The notes below the pieces were generated by a model that saw only the letters and a list, made by a program, of their open reading frames with translations, made no database searches and had not been told where the DNA came from. A stretch of DNA of 64,000 nt, from the NCBI RefSeq assembly GCF_964355755.1, contig NC_092677.1, forward strand, positions 12,670,101 through 12,734,100, read 5' to 3'. How positions within the stretch are numbered: position 1 is the first letter of the stretch; the number at the start of each line of letters is the position of its first letter. Shown here one piece after another: positions 26,637 through 39,290 of the stretch. The stretch comes from Antedon mediterranea (Eukaryota; Animalia; Echinodermata). Made by a program: the position numbers and the translations under genes.

Positions 26637-27120
26637 CGGGGAGGTGGCGCATTTTTGGGTATATTTTCGAGGGCCTGGTAGCACAAGTGTGGGAAAATAT
26701 GGAGAGTTGGTAGCACAAGTGTGGGAAATGACAGGGTGAAATTAGTAGTTTAAGTCCCTGGCCCGCCCACCCGTGTCAAAATGTCACGATTTATCGCCAA
26801 ATTTTGCAGGTATTTTAGCATACTGGATGCTATAAGCCCGGCTATATAAGCCCATCGCGGGGCCCATCGCTAAATACTTTTGAATAGGACTAGAGTTTTT
26901 GCATCAGCAGAAGAACACGAAAAACATAGCCGGCCGGCGCCACCAGCCTAGGACAAAATCATTCAACTGTGACTCGTTCGTGATTTTGCCATGAACAGTC
27001 TCTTTGGCCATGCGCAGATCATGCCGGGAACCAGTACAAATATTGCGCCCTCTCTGGCGTCTTTTTAGAGAACACTGGATTTTGGTAAATGGTAGTTCAA
27101 GTCCGTGGAGATTAGAGGGG
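26637..27120. other. GC/CpG-rich island, probably a transposon fragment
   Basis: Abrupt GC rise. tggtagcacaagtgtgggaaa is repeated at 26676 and 26708, and tataagccc is repeated. No long ORF. Confidence 0.45.
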
Positions 27121-28233
27121 ATATTATACTCATCATATACAGTTTTTTATTACAAGATTGTTTAAGATTTAATAATATGCATTGTTAGACATTTAATCGA
27201 TTGTTAAAAATCAGTAATGTGGGATTGGTCTACGTTCTTGCAGACAAACAGAAAACTTTTAACAGGTAGATCACATTATAAATCATTAATGTCTGTGTTC
27301 TATTTTCTGCATTGAAAAAACTTGTAAGAAAATGTGGGAAAGAATGAGAAAAGAAAAAGAACATTAACCTTACATTTATTAACACTAAATTATATTAGAT
27401 AATTATCAGTTACAGTATTAACAAATTCAGTACTGGGTTTTTGCTCACAAAGTATAGAAAACTCAACAGGTATTGAATTTTGTATCATTTATTAATATCA
27501 ATGATCTATTTTCTGTATCACAAAAAAAAAAACAACTTGGGACAGACTGAGCAAAAGGAAAAGAACATCCCTTACATTCATTAACGATGGCTATGGCTAC
27601 AATTAGCAAATGAAGCACTTTGACATAGTCACATATCACCACAGGCCATAGTCACAAAGCATACAATCAGCTTTAAAATGGCGGGAATTTACATAATCTA
27701 CTGAAATACGTGTGAAATAATTAATTTGCGGTGCATCAAAAATAAATTTGTACTCTTATGAAACATTTTTTTAGTGAATTGTACTTTTATATTGAATTTA
27801 TAAATTGTACTTTTCTTTAAGTTGATAAACTGAAAATTAATTTCATATCTTTGAGTTAAGTTATTGAATTTAATCCATTAAATAAATTTAAGGGTTAGAT
27901 AATCAAAAATAGGTTTTCAATTAGATCAAAAATGCAAAGCAAATGCTGATGTTGTTCTTGCCGTCTATTCAAAGTGGTGAAGTACACGCAGAAAATACCG
28001 CTAGATGGCGCTATTCGTTTATACAAAAGAGGAATTTTGGCACCATCTCATTACCGAACAATATATTTTTTAAACTTCTGTATTTTTTATCCATATACTG
28101 TAATCCAATGAGATTATTTTTCTAATGTAATTTATTTATATTGTATAAAAAAAATTATTTAGATGAAAAAAACGGTAGCAGTGAAGTTTTTTAAGCATAA
28201 ACAATAAATATATAAATTCAAAGGCAAATTATT

Positions 28234-28470
28234 ACTGAAAAAATGACAATGTTGTGGGTATCAGTGGCTGGATCTCAATGGAGATAACAAAAATAAGCAC
28301 TGAAAAAATGACAATGCTGTGGGTATCAGTTGTTGGATCTCAATGGAGATTTTAAAAAAAGCACTGAAAAAATGACAATGCTGTGTGTATCAGTGGCTGG
28401 ATTTCAATGGAGATAACAAAAAAAAAGCACTGAAAAAATGACAATGCTGTGGGTGGATCTCAAGGGAGAT
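28234..28470. repeat. Minisatellite with ~65-bp unit, about 3.6 copies, plus an outlying copy at 28757-28812
   Basis: actgaaaaaatgacaatg(c/t)tgtgggtatcagtggctggatctcaatggagat units start at 28234, 28299, 28363 and 28429. Confidence 0.92.
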
Positions 28471-28552
28471 TGATTGATTGATTGTTTTTTAAATGGACAA
28501 TAAAGTATATATGACTATGACTATAAGACTATGAAGATAAGGCCCACATAAA

Positions 28553-28675
28553 AGTTTTGTGTTCCAACTTATTAAAAGATAATTCATAAAATGTTTGTGT
28601 TCCAACTTATACAAGATAGTCATAGGTCTGTTCAAATGCATTACAAGATAGTCATAAGGTTAGTGTTTGAACTTA
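28553..28675. repeat. Short degenerate tandem repeat
   Basis: tttgtgttccaacttat..aagata.tcata is repeated, and acaagatagtcata occurs twice. Confidence 0.7.
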
Positions 28676-30960
28676 ATATTACAAATTAAGTGTCCAAATA
28701 TACAAATACATTAGCAAATAAAAAGATTACATAATATATTGTCGAAAAAAAAAAGAACTGAAAAAAATGAAAATGTTTTGTGTATCACTATCAGTGACTG
28801 AATCTCAATGGAAAAACAACTAACTTTTTAATTTAAAAGAAAACAATTTTGTAGGCGTAAACAATACAACTCATTTTCAATTGTAAATACTGCTATGAAT
28901 TAGTGACATGCATAGTGTATTCTTGCACAAACGGAAAGCATTATTAACACTGACATGTGTCTGATCACATTACTGTGTGCATGTGTATGTTACAATCATG
29001 AGGAAAGTGATGTTGCGTGTTGTAGACACATGTGGATGGTTCTGTCTACTACATATGTACGCACATTACCAACAATATGTCAAGTAACATTAAGAGCAAA
29101 TATATTGTTGTGCTCACATGTGTTCTATGTTCATAGCACACATGTTCTTTTTCCCCCATTGTCTATCGATAAGATTGGTGAGTGAAAACTCTGTGTGTAT
29201 TAGTGGAACATAAAATAATATTTGCACACTTACCTTATGTGCACACAATATGTTTTAGATAAGGAACAGTAATAGTTCTAGATAGATACAGAGGAGTTAC
29301 ATTTTTTTGAAGTCATGATATTCAGTAGGAGTGGGGAAGTTTACTATTCTCTTGAAGTTACCTTCTTCACTGGTTTAAACTAAAAGAAAAACATTAATGA
29401 AGTTGTTCATTTGGTTCCCTTATGAACATTTATTTAACTTTACAGATAGAAAATCAGAATATGTTTTTACATTCAGTATGTTCTTAAATCTCATAAAAAA
29501 TACCTTTTTCTTAATTTACTATTTTTTAAAACCAGTTGGCACAGTGTATGTTCTCTTGAATACAGCAATATAAACAAAATGAAAATAATAATTAATTTTA
29601 ATTATTACTATAATATTATATATTGATTATTAATATTATTGATCAAATATTGATCTTTGAAATGGAAATAATATTTTCATCTTTTGAGCTATCCTATAAT
29701 TTAATTCTATAGCTTTTGTAATTTCTAATATTTTGATACTAAAAATTGGTCAAAGATTTGATATGAGATTGGAGATGAAAAGCTTAACTGTCCCCTTTGA
29801 TTCTCAACTGGTAATTTCAGTACATTTTCTATATTTATTTGTGCTAACTGTCCATTACAACACCAGTCGGCTATCGTTACCTGAACGTGAAGTTCATGCT
29901 ATTTATAACTTCAAAGTCTCATTATCGTCTAAAGATTGCCGGCATTATGTGTCAGAATTATCATTATGTAAGTATCTAAAGATTCCGATAATTTTCTTTC
30001 TATACATACCAATCAAAAGATAAAATACAAGGACTTTAACATAATATTTCGGGACCCAATGCTAAAACAAGGAGGGGATCATGCAAAAAAGGAATGACAG
30101 TTAAATTAATTCAAGTAATTTAATGGAATAATTGGTATGTTAAACTTTCTTAAAGATAATTTTTCTAGTTTTGTTATTTTCTTGTTTCATTATATAATTA
30201 GCCGATGCTTGGTACTTTATCTCTATTATTTAAACGTTAAGGTTTAAACCTATTTTACAGGCATCACATGTGATACATATGCAACACTGTAACATATAAT
30301 TTTTCTATGACACTGGCCAAATTATAATACGGAGATACAGTACATAGAATTACAGAATTTTTTACTATGAATATAATATGGACCAAAGCATTTATGTGTC
30401 AAAATTCTTTTTATCAAACCAATTTGATAAATTATGAGATTAGATTCATTCGTACCATTGGTTTGATAAATAGAATTGTTTACACATTGTTAATTACAAA
30501 CCAGATGAACATTTACAATAAAAAACATTTTTTTTATATTTTTTTTAAAAAGATGTATAATACATGTTGGTTACAAGCTTTTATTTAAATTGGGATGATG
30601 ATGATGAAGGAATCACTAGCATGATTCGTGAGAAAATTGATTGTTTTATTCAGTACATGTTGTAAAGGTTATTATTGTTTGTTTGTATGAGCATTCCTTA
30701 CTCCAGACAAGTTGTAATTATCGTTTATCTCTGTCAGGCTACCATTCCACGTGGCCTTGGAATAATTAGTAATTACTTCACGACAGTTGATGATAAGTAA
30801 GGTTTTAAAAAAAAATGTTTATAAAAAATAAAATAAAATAAATTTGCTTTGTTTTCTTTATTATTTAGGCAAATTGCCAAGGATAACCATTATAATTATT
30901 CACGATTTTTCTTAAAAGTGGCAATCCTGTCACAGGACAAACATATTTATAAGATGCTTA

Positions 30961-31114
30961 AGCTATATCTACACTATCAAACTAGTTTGACAAAAGTGTA
31001 ATATGCCCAAATATGATAGTGATATGCCCAATTGTGGTAGTGATATGGTGTCATCTTGTTCATGGGCACATCAGAATTTGTTGTCACATAAAGTTTGATA
31101 GTGTAGACAGAGCT
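30961..31114. mobile_element. MITE family A copy 4
   Basis: tta|agctatatctacactatcaaactagtttg...cataaagtttgatagtgtagacagagct|taa. Confidence 0.9.
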
Positions 31115-34100
31115 TAAGTAGAGTTAGCTTTTTTTTGTAATGAGAAAAATCTTTAACATCTGACAGGATTTGAACCCAAGGCACCGTGATTGGTAGGTGA
31201 GCATCTCAACCACCAAAAGTAATCTAAACCTTAAATCAGGCTACAATATTTTTATACTTTTCAACACATTGGTAATAATCTCTGGCTATGACATGAATAA
31301 ATATATGTATATATTTTCTATAAAAAGAATAAAAGTTTTACCTACACTCCGGTCATTATGATCAGCCTAGTTTGCAAGCCTTAATCATAAGCATACTCAA
31401 TGTATTATCTATATTAAGCTGAGAAAATATATATGACAATTGAAGATCGAGAGAAAAAATTCAAGACGAATCGGAATTAATCCAAGTATTTTTATCGTAC
31501 ATTTTATGCTATCGCTTCTGTCTGTATAATTTGAATCTTAAGATTGATAACAAAATAAAATCCTAATTCAGTAATAGAAAGTAGTAACTGATTCCAACTC
31601 ACTATTAATATATTTCTATATAGTTTTTTTTAATATATATATATATTTTTTATTGTAATCTCAATACTTAGAATTGGCAGGTTTCTTGCTGTATGTCATT
31701 CAGTTGTAAATAAATATAAATTGGAAATATTAAAATATCAAAATTAGTGAAATATATTTTTTTTCTAAAGTCAAATAAATTTTCTATATTAAACTACTTT
31801 TTTCTTTTTGAATAAACTTAATGAACTGCTTAGAAATATGTTTAAATTCTAAGAATCATTATAGTTACTATAGGTTAAGTGTAAACAGTGTTGAAAAATA
31901 ATGTGAAGATAATATTTATAATAGAAATAATATTTTGAAAATGTAATTTAAAAAATTTGGATTTAGATGAGCAAAAGGATTACTTTAGGATGTTTAACAG
32001 GTAATTCACCCATAAGGTAATATGTATAATTTCTAGTTTTGTTTTCTACGAACGATTAAATACACGGTTTAAGATGGCGTCTGTTCTTAATTGATTAAAA
32101 ATGTTGATTCATAATTTAAGTGATTTTGACCTTGACGGAATCCATGTCGCATCCCAGAACAAATGAAAACATTTGCTAAAGATAATTCTTTTCATGATGC
32201 TACTATCATTTAACTCGTTGCTATGACTACGGCCGCTCATAATGAGAAGAAGAAGTTGAATTGGAGCGCACTGAATGTGAATTTGTTAATTTGTTTTCAT
32301 TACCAAAGGATCAAATTGAGATTAAAGTAGCAGATTTTAGCTTTAAATAAGTTGCCTAATGGACAGTAAAAGAAAAACCCATCTCCTTATCAACAAATGT
32401 ACTTAATTGAAAGAAAAAGAAAATATACATTTTAAATCAATTATAAAAATAATTATCTTCAACAAAAACAATTTAAAAAGATGCTTTTGTTTCTAATTCA
32501 ATTTCAAATTATTTGCACAAACATACATCTAGTAACATATGTGAAATATAATAAAACAAAGTATCCGGATGTATACACAGACTAAAAGTTTTTTGTCTTT
32601 TTATTGCATGGGAGGGACGAAGGGGGGAAGAGGACCGGGTTTCTGTGTGTGCTTTTTAAAGTCATAAAGTCAGAAGACTTTAGGAAATAGTTATACATTG
32701 TCATTATTCGTTAAATATTTTATATGAAAAAACAAATAAAAAATGCATGGCAATAATAATATAGATATACTATTGTACGTGATTCAATGAACTTGGACTG
32801 TAGAGGGCGCACATTTATTTTTGAACTGAGACAGGTTTATTTCTTTCTAAAACAAATAAAATGATTATATAATATTTAAATCTAAATACATATATTTTCA
32901 AATATAATATAGTGATGAAATTTGATATAAATTTTACTAATACCAGAAGTTAATGAATAAAAGAGTTTTGAAAAATGATAAATAGTACAATATAATAGAA
33001 AATGTAATTAAATATACAATTAGAAACTGAAATCACTAAACCCAAAATGTGGTTCGGTCTGTTTTACATTAGAAATCAGTGCACAGTTTAGTTTGGATTT
33101 AATAATTATATATATAGGGCCAATGTGTAACTCTACCCAAGTAAACGATACAAACTGAACATACCAAATATCATGTCAGTTACCTACACAGTGTAAGCTG
33201 TAATATTATTATAATCACAAAACGAGATTAGAAACGGTCTCTAGCGAACGAAATTGAACCAGTGATTGCTCATTTGGCCCGCATTCCGCACTGTTTTCCT
33301 TTCATCAAACTAATGAAGTGTCCATATAAATAAGCACGGTGAGCCGATTGACGAGCAACTTGCTAATTGTTATGTTGTTATTCCAGAGTAGAGGATCTCG
33401 GTTGGATACCAGACGGTGAATCGGTTGATGATCTATAAACAAAGTTTGGAATGTTTGGGACATGGTAACGGTAGTGATTAAAACCAAAGCTTAGTTCACC
33501 CCTGTTTTCAAAGCTGTCAGTTGGAATTCATCAGTGTAGATTAACGCAAACAAACCTACCTGGGGTAACTTTTAAATGATGTATCGCGCTTCATTTCACG
33601 ATGAATTAATCCTGTATCATTTCAATTTCACACCTGTATGGAGTCAGGTGACAAGATCAGATACCAAGCATTTAACACCTATATGCAAATGAGGGGTGTT
33701 CTAACAACTACAGGTCTAAGAACATGAACAAATGAAGAAGGTGTCTGGATTAACTGAAAGGAGTAATAATAAAATTAACTGTATTATCATCAGGAAGCTT
33801 TTGACCTAGGAGTCGGGACCCACTCATATTGTTCTTGGACCTAGAACCCGCAAAAAACTATATTGACGTACACTGAATAAACATGACGTAACTAGTTCCC
33901 TGGTCCTAAGTCATCACAAATGGAAAGCTCCTTATTAAGAATTTGAAAAAAAAAAAGTAAAGTAAAATTATGCATGATTGGGTTTGGTTAAGAAACTTTA
34001 TGGGCGTTAAAATGATTCTGCTATGTCTCTGCTGTAATTCTGGTTCAGTTACTGCAGTAGAAACATTTTAACAAAGTCCATAAAGTTTAATTACAGACGC

Positions 34101-35689
34101 AAGATCATAAGAACCGCGGATTTATATGAATCTGATATGACGAGATGTTAAAGCCAGTGGTAGTTAAAATGCAACGAGAGATATAGACTACTGCCTGTTG
34201 TGCCGAGACCGTAACAACCGGCGTAATCCGTGTTCTAATGTGCGTATCATGTGGGATAACACTGTAATGATTATACGAAAGTAATATCATGTTGTAGGGG
34301 TCACACTGAGAGCATGTCATTGACCTTATCATAGTTTACATTATGTTAAAAAAACAAATTTAATTTTCTGTTTACTTTAAAACTTTAAATCTTTTAAGAA
34401 GTATTGCTTAATAAAAATAAATCTAAATTTAAAAAAAATAATAATTAAGTTTAAATAACTACTTTCCTATAATAATAGATTTAATTAAATATATTGATCA
34501 ATTGATCAACAAATCTTATATGTCACATCACATAAGAAACTATAAATAAATATAAATGATACGTAAATATTATGATAAAATCATAATAATGGCGATTATT
34601 TTGATAATAATGATGACGATAATGCTTATGATAACTATATTGATAACAAAAATGAGAAATCAATTCTTATCACAATGAAGATCATGATAACTATATGTTG
34701 ATATTATGATAATGAAAAATGAAATTGATCAATTGATTAATGTACAATAAGGATAATGATAAAAATGATTATTATTATTATTGGATAACTATGATAACAA
34801 TAATTATAATGATATAATACGATAAAATCTTGATACTGTAAGATTCTCCATTAAAAATAATTAATTATTAGAAAATCCTCATAAGACAAAAAAAAAGACA
34901 TAATGATTTCAACCTTCGATAAAATAAATAAATTTATCATTAATTATTTAATATACTTTACTACTTACCCCTCCAAGGCCGAATGATAATTAATTGTTGT
35001 CGGTAGAACACTAGAGGGAGTATACACAATGAACAGTTTCAAGGTCAACTCCCACAATAGTAATCTTCTATATTATTATATATAACATTTTATAAATTGA
35101 TAATTTTTTTTTCATGACAAGGAGAACATCTCCAAGGATAATGATATCACTTTAAAAATAAGAAAATGTATTCACAAAAAATTATTAATGACCTTGAAGA
35201 GAAGCAACGGAATTAGAACAACACATAATAACGATGATTATTTAACGCGCTCTGCGAGTCGTGTGTCGACATGTGCTGAAGTATGCCAGTGTTATACCTA
35301 TATCATTTTTTTACGACGATAAACATCAAAGAGGAGCGACAGAGTTTGCAATCAAAGTAAGGGCAATATGTTGTTAAATGTTCGCATAAGGATTGCCAAG
35401 GGAGCCAACGACATGGTGCTGGAGTCTTGTTTTTCTTTTGTGTACAAATTAGTTTTGATTTCAATGTGTTAAATAAATGATTATAAAGTTTCTTATTAGC
35501 AATACTCTTAGTTATTAAGGAAATCATATAAAATGATATAAAATTTCCTTTCCCTAAATGTTTCATTGAAAATAACATTCATCTTATTCTTACTACAGTA
35601 AGAGGATTAGAAGTATATTTTTTTTAATGCAGATAATAATGCTTAGGTTGGAATAAGGATAGTAATATAAGGCTAATGGCAAGAATAAT

Positions 35690-35930
35690 GTAATAATAAT
35701 TATGAAAGTGATGATAATGATTATGAAGATGGTAAATGATCACATGATAATGATGACAATGATATAATAATGATTAAAAAGTGTGCAAGTATAGATGATT
35801 AAGACGATGATGTAATAATCAATTATATAAATGTGATAATGATTAGTGAAGGTGATGATTTTAAGTAATGATAATACAATGATTATGATAAAGATGAAAA
35901 TGATTATAAAAGTAATGATAAGCATGACTA
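35690..35930. repeat. Degenerate GAT/AAT low-complexity region
   Basis: gatgataatgattatgaagat-type runs. These explain ORFs 35740..35925 and 35846..36115. Confidence 0.7.
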
Positions 35931-36577
35931 TGAGGTTAAAACCTAGCCTAGGCGTTAATTACGAGAATAGAAGAATAATTTTGTTACACTTCTATTTGAT
36001 AAATTTACAATACAATACTGCACAATTTCCCTCAATAGCACATTATTATAAAACCACTATTTCAGCTAATTATCCACACAATTATGTATACATTAATATT
36101 CATTATCCTCTGTAAAGGTGTTGTGTATTAGAGGTAGGGCATTATATGGATATCACAGTATCGTTAGAGCAATTAACCTATTTTTTATTTTTTTGTTATC
36201 ATGGCAAGTTTGCCCTAGGCTATGCTAACACCTGTTTGCATTATCAAATCAGGGCTGACAACATTTATTATTACCTTCATGAACATAACTTAAAATTCCG
36301 CATTCTTCATAATGAGAGCTTTAGAGAAGAATAGTTTGGTCAGAGATGAATTTTAAATAAAATGGGAAGGTAATGAGTGGCAATGATAATGCTTTTGAGC
36401 TTATTACCAGTATTCTTTGATTACAATAAAACATACATCTACTAGGAGTTTGGTTTAAGTAGATCTCAAGAGTGCAGGTCTCAGATTTGGTAGAAACTTG
36501 TTGGTATTTGTTTTATCATAATATTTATCCTCAACTGAGGACAAATCGAATTAGGTCCTTCATGAACACATGGCAGC

Positions 36578-36640
36578 GCCTGTGAACAACAGTACACTGG
36601 GGTAGCCTGTGAACAACAGTACACTGGGGTAACCCCCACC
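36578..36640. repeat. 27-bp perfect tandem duplication within a probable SINE fragment
   Basis: gcctgtgaacaacagtacactggggta at 36578 and 36605. The gtacac..gggtaacc motif resembles 48638-48660. Confidence 0.75.
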
Positions 36641-37789
36641 CTGTTTTCCTGTAAAATCATTGAACATTGTTAACTCAATACAACTTGCCGCAACTTAACG
36701 TCGTCTGGAAAATCTGGGGAGCATGAAATACAATAATATCTCTATGGTATAATAAAGAATTTACAAGCTATTTTTTTTATTCCATTTATTGAACCCCCTC
36801 CCCCATGTATGTAAAACTATGGGAACATTTATATCTCTCCTACTCCCTTTCTTTTCCCTTTACTTATCCCTGGCAATGAATCAATGAGCACATCATGTTT
36901 ACATTTGTTTATGAGTTAAAAACATAATCCATGTAGTTATACCTCATACATCAATACATGTTTGTTTTGGAGTTTAGTTAAATCCATCTGTTTACGTCAC
37001 ATACATTATTAATCATTCGTTAAGAAAACGAATCACTTGAAGAATAAGCACCCCTACTTATGACATCACAGCCCTCTCAAAGATGTGGAATTAAGTCCTT
37101 CAGTGTACCTCTCTGCTCTTGGCATTTTTAATTTGTTTTTCTTTTGTGTATGATGACATGGTCGTCATAGTTTATGATTAACTGAGTTGCATATGGAATG
37201 GAGCTATGTTCAAGTAATTAAGTGAGATGTTTCAACTCTCTAGGCACCAAGAGTTCTGGGCGATGCACATAAATCTGACAAAAATGAGGAAAAACCGAAT
37301 GAATAGTGTAGTAGCCAACGAAACTGTCAAAACCTAGCCAGACCGTTGCTGATGGCCTGGGAATTTCTGTTAGGAACAATTCACGATTAAACCCTTAGCT
37401 TATAATTTGCATTTTTATAACAGTTGAGGAATTTTGTAGGTACAATAATAATAATTAAATAATGTCCTGAAAGAATGCTGCATCATCAATCATAATAATA
37501 GTCACAAGTTTGTTTGCAAAATAATAATTAGAAGCTGTTCAGCCATTATATCAAATTTTAGCTCCCAGACATAAAGCCTAGTAATTCCGGTAAACTATTC
37601 ATTCACTATTAGTATAGTGTGAATAATAAATGTGTTTATACAGATATTAATATTTCTTAATTAAATCATTAAATGTATTTTCTGAATTTACAGGTCACTA
37701 GCCAATTGTGGAAATAGATTGTAGAATATCAAAAGTGGTACTTCTTCAAAAGCGATACTTATTTGACAGATACATTCACCAGTTACCTA

Positions 37790-38340
37790 TATGACAGAGA
37801 TACTTCTTTTAGCATTGTTACTTATTTGAGAGGGGTTACTTAAATTCAGTAGTGTTACTTATTTGACAAGTGTTACTAGTAGCTTTGTTACTTATTTGAC
37901 ACAAGTAGATTATACCAGTATTACTTATTCAACAACGATACTTATTCAACAGCAGTACTTATTCACAGTGATACAGTACTTATTAAGCAGTGTTAGTTAT
38001 TCAATAGTGTTTATACTTATTCAACAGTGTAACTTATTCAACTATATTTATACTTAATATTTAGCAGTGTTACTTATTTAACAGTGGTACTAATTCAGCA
38101 AAGTTACTTATTCAACAGTGTTATCTATTTAACAGTGTTATGTACGTATTAAACCATGTTTATACTTAATATTTAACAGTGATACTTATTTAACAGTGGT
38201 ACTTATTCAGCAATGTTACTTTATTTAACAGTGTTTATAGTTATTCAACAATGGTACGTATTCAACAGTGTTTATACTTAATATTCAACAGTGGTACTTA
38301 TTTAACAGTGGTACTTATTCAGCAATGTTACTTCTTTGAT
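37790..38340. repeat. Minisatellite with ~17-22-bp unit (ACTTATTCAACAGTGGT-like)
   Basis: Many tandem degenerate tacttatt(c/t)aacagtg units. Confidence 0.9.
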
Positions 38341-39117
38341 AATCCATAGAGATATTACTATAATATCTCTATGGATAATCATACTTATTTTTCTAAAAAT
38401 GCAATGCCATGGCTCAAGACATGTCAGAACCCAAAGATTACAACATAATCCTTTGACTGCACTTTCAGTGGAATAAATTGTTTATTTCAAATCAAGACTT
38501 AATTGATTTATTGTGCTGAATCCAACCAGGATGATGTACGATAAGATTTATGTAATTAATGGAAACATTGGAATGTGATAAAATGATTAAGATATGGGTA
38601 ATAGGCAGTGATATGGTATTTGTTTTCAACTGATATATGGAAGCAAGTCACTGATGGCTGACAGGAGGTTAGAAATAATATTTACTGCTGAAAGACAAAT
38701 ATTAAGACAAGTGAAAATTAAAGCAGGAAAAATTACCTATCAATTTACTACAGATTATGATTGGAGGAAGATGATGCAAACAAAGGTAGCATCACAATGT
38801 CTTGGTGATGATGCCTAGATGGTGAGTGGGAATGACAGTGGTGGAAAAGGGTGTTAATGTTTATAAACTTACACCCCTCCCCAAAATAATGTTCTAGTGA
38901 CTTTTTTAAGCTGGTGGTCAACATTTTTATCAATATTAAGATGATTAGGAGTAGTAGTTTTCATCTTGTAAACAATTGTACAACATCCTAGTTTGACAAA
39001 GAGGGAGCACTTGATAAAAGAAATAACATCACAAACACTTTGAAATACATTGGTTCCCACCTGACCATGTTTTAGCATGCTGGTGCTACTCCTTGCCACC
39101 ACTGAGGCTGAGTATAT

Positions 39118-39290
39118 ATGGGCCTGATCCTGCATAAGTAAGAACCTGATCTCGTATTTGTAGAGGCCTGATCCTGTGTATGAAAGAGCTTGATCTTGGG
39201 TAAAAGGGCCTGATCCCACATCTTTAGGGGCTGTAGGTCTATATGGGCCTGATTCCGCATCTGAATGCAAGGGCTTGATTCTGAGCATTT
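39118..39290. repeat. Degenerate ~22-bp-period repeat with a GGCCTGATCC core
   Basis: About seven (g/a)(g/a)c(c/t)tgat(c/t)(c/t) cores separated by short variable sequence. Confidence 0.7.

Noticed and set aside
28234-28470. ~65-bp periodic array with CRISPR-like period
   Set aside because: The whole unit is repeated with no unique spacers, the context is eukaryotic, and there are no cas genes.
20690-31215. Isolated B-box-like motifs (about 20705, 21775, 24110, 31165) as tRNA genes
   Set aside because: No cloverleaf can be formed. They are degenerate SINE-head remnants.
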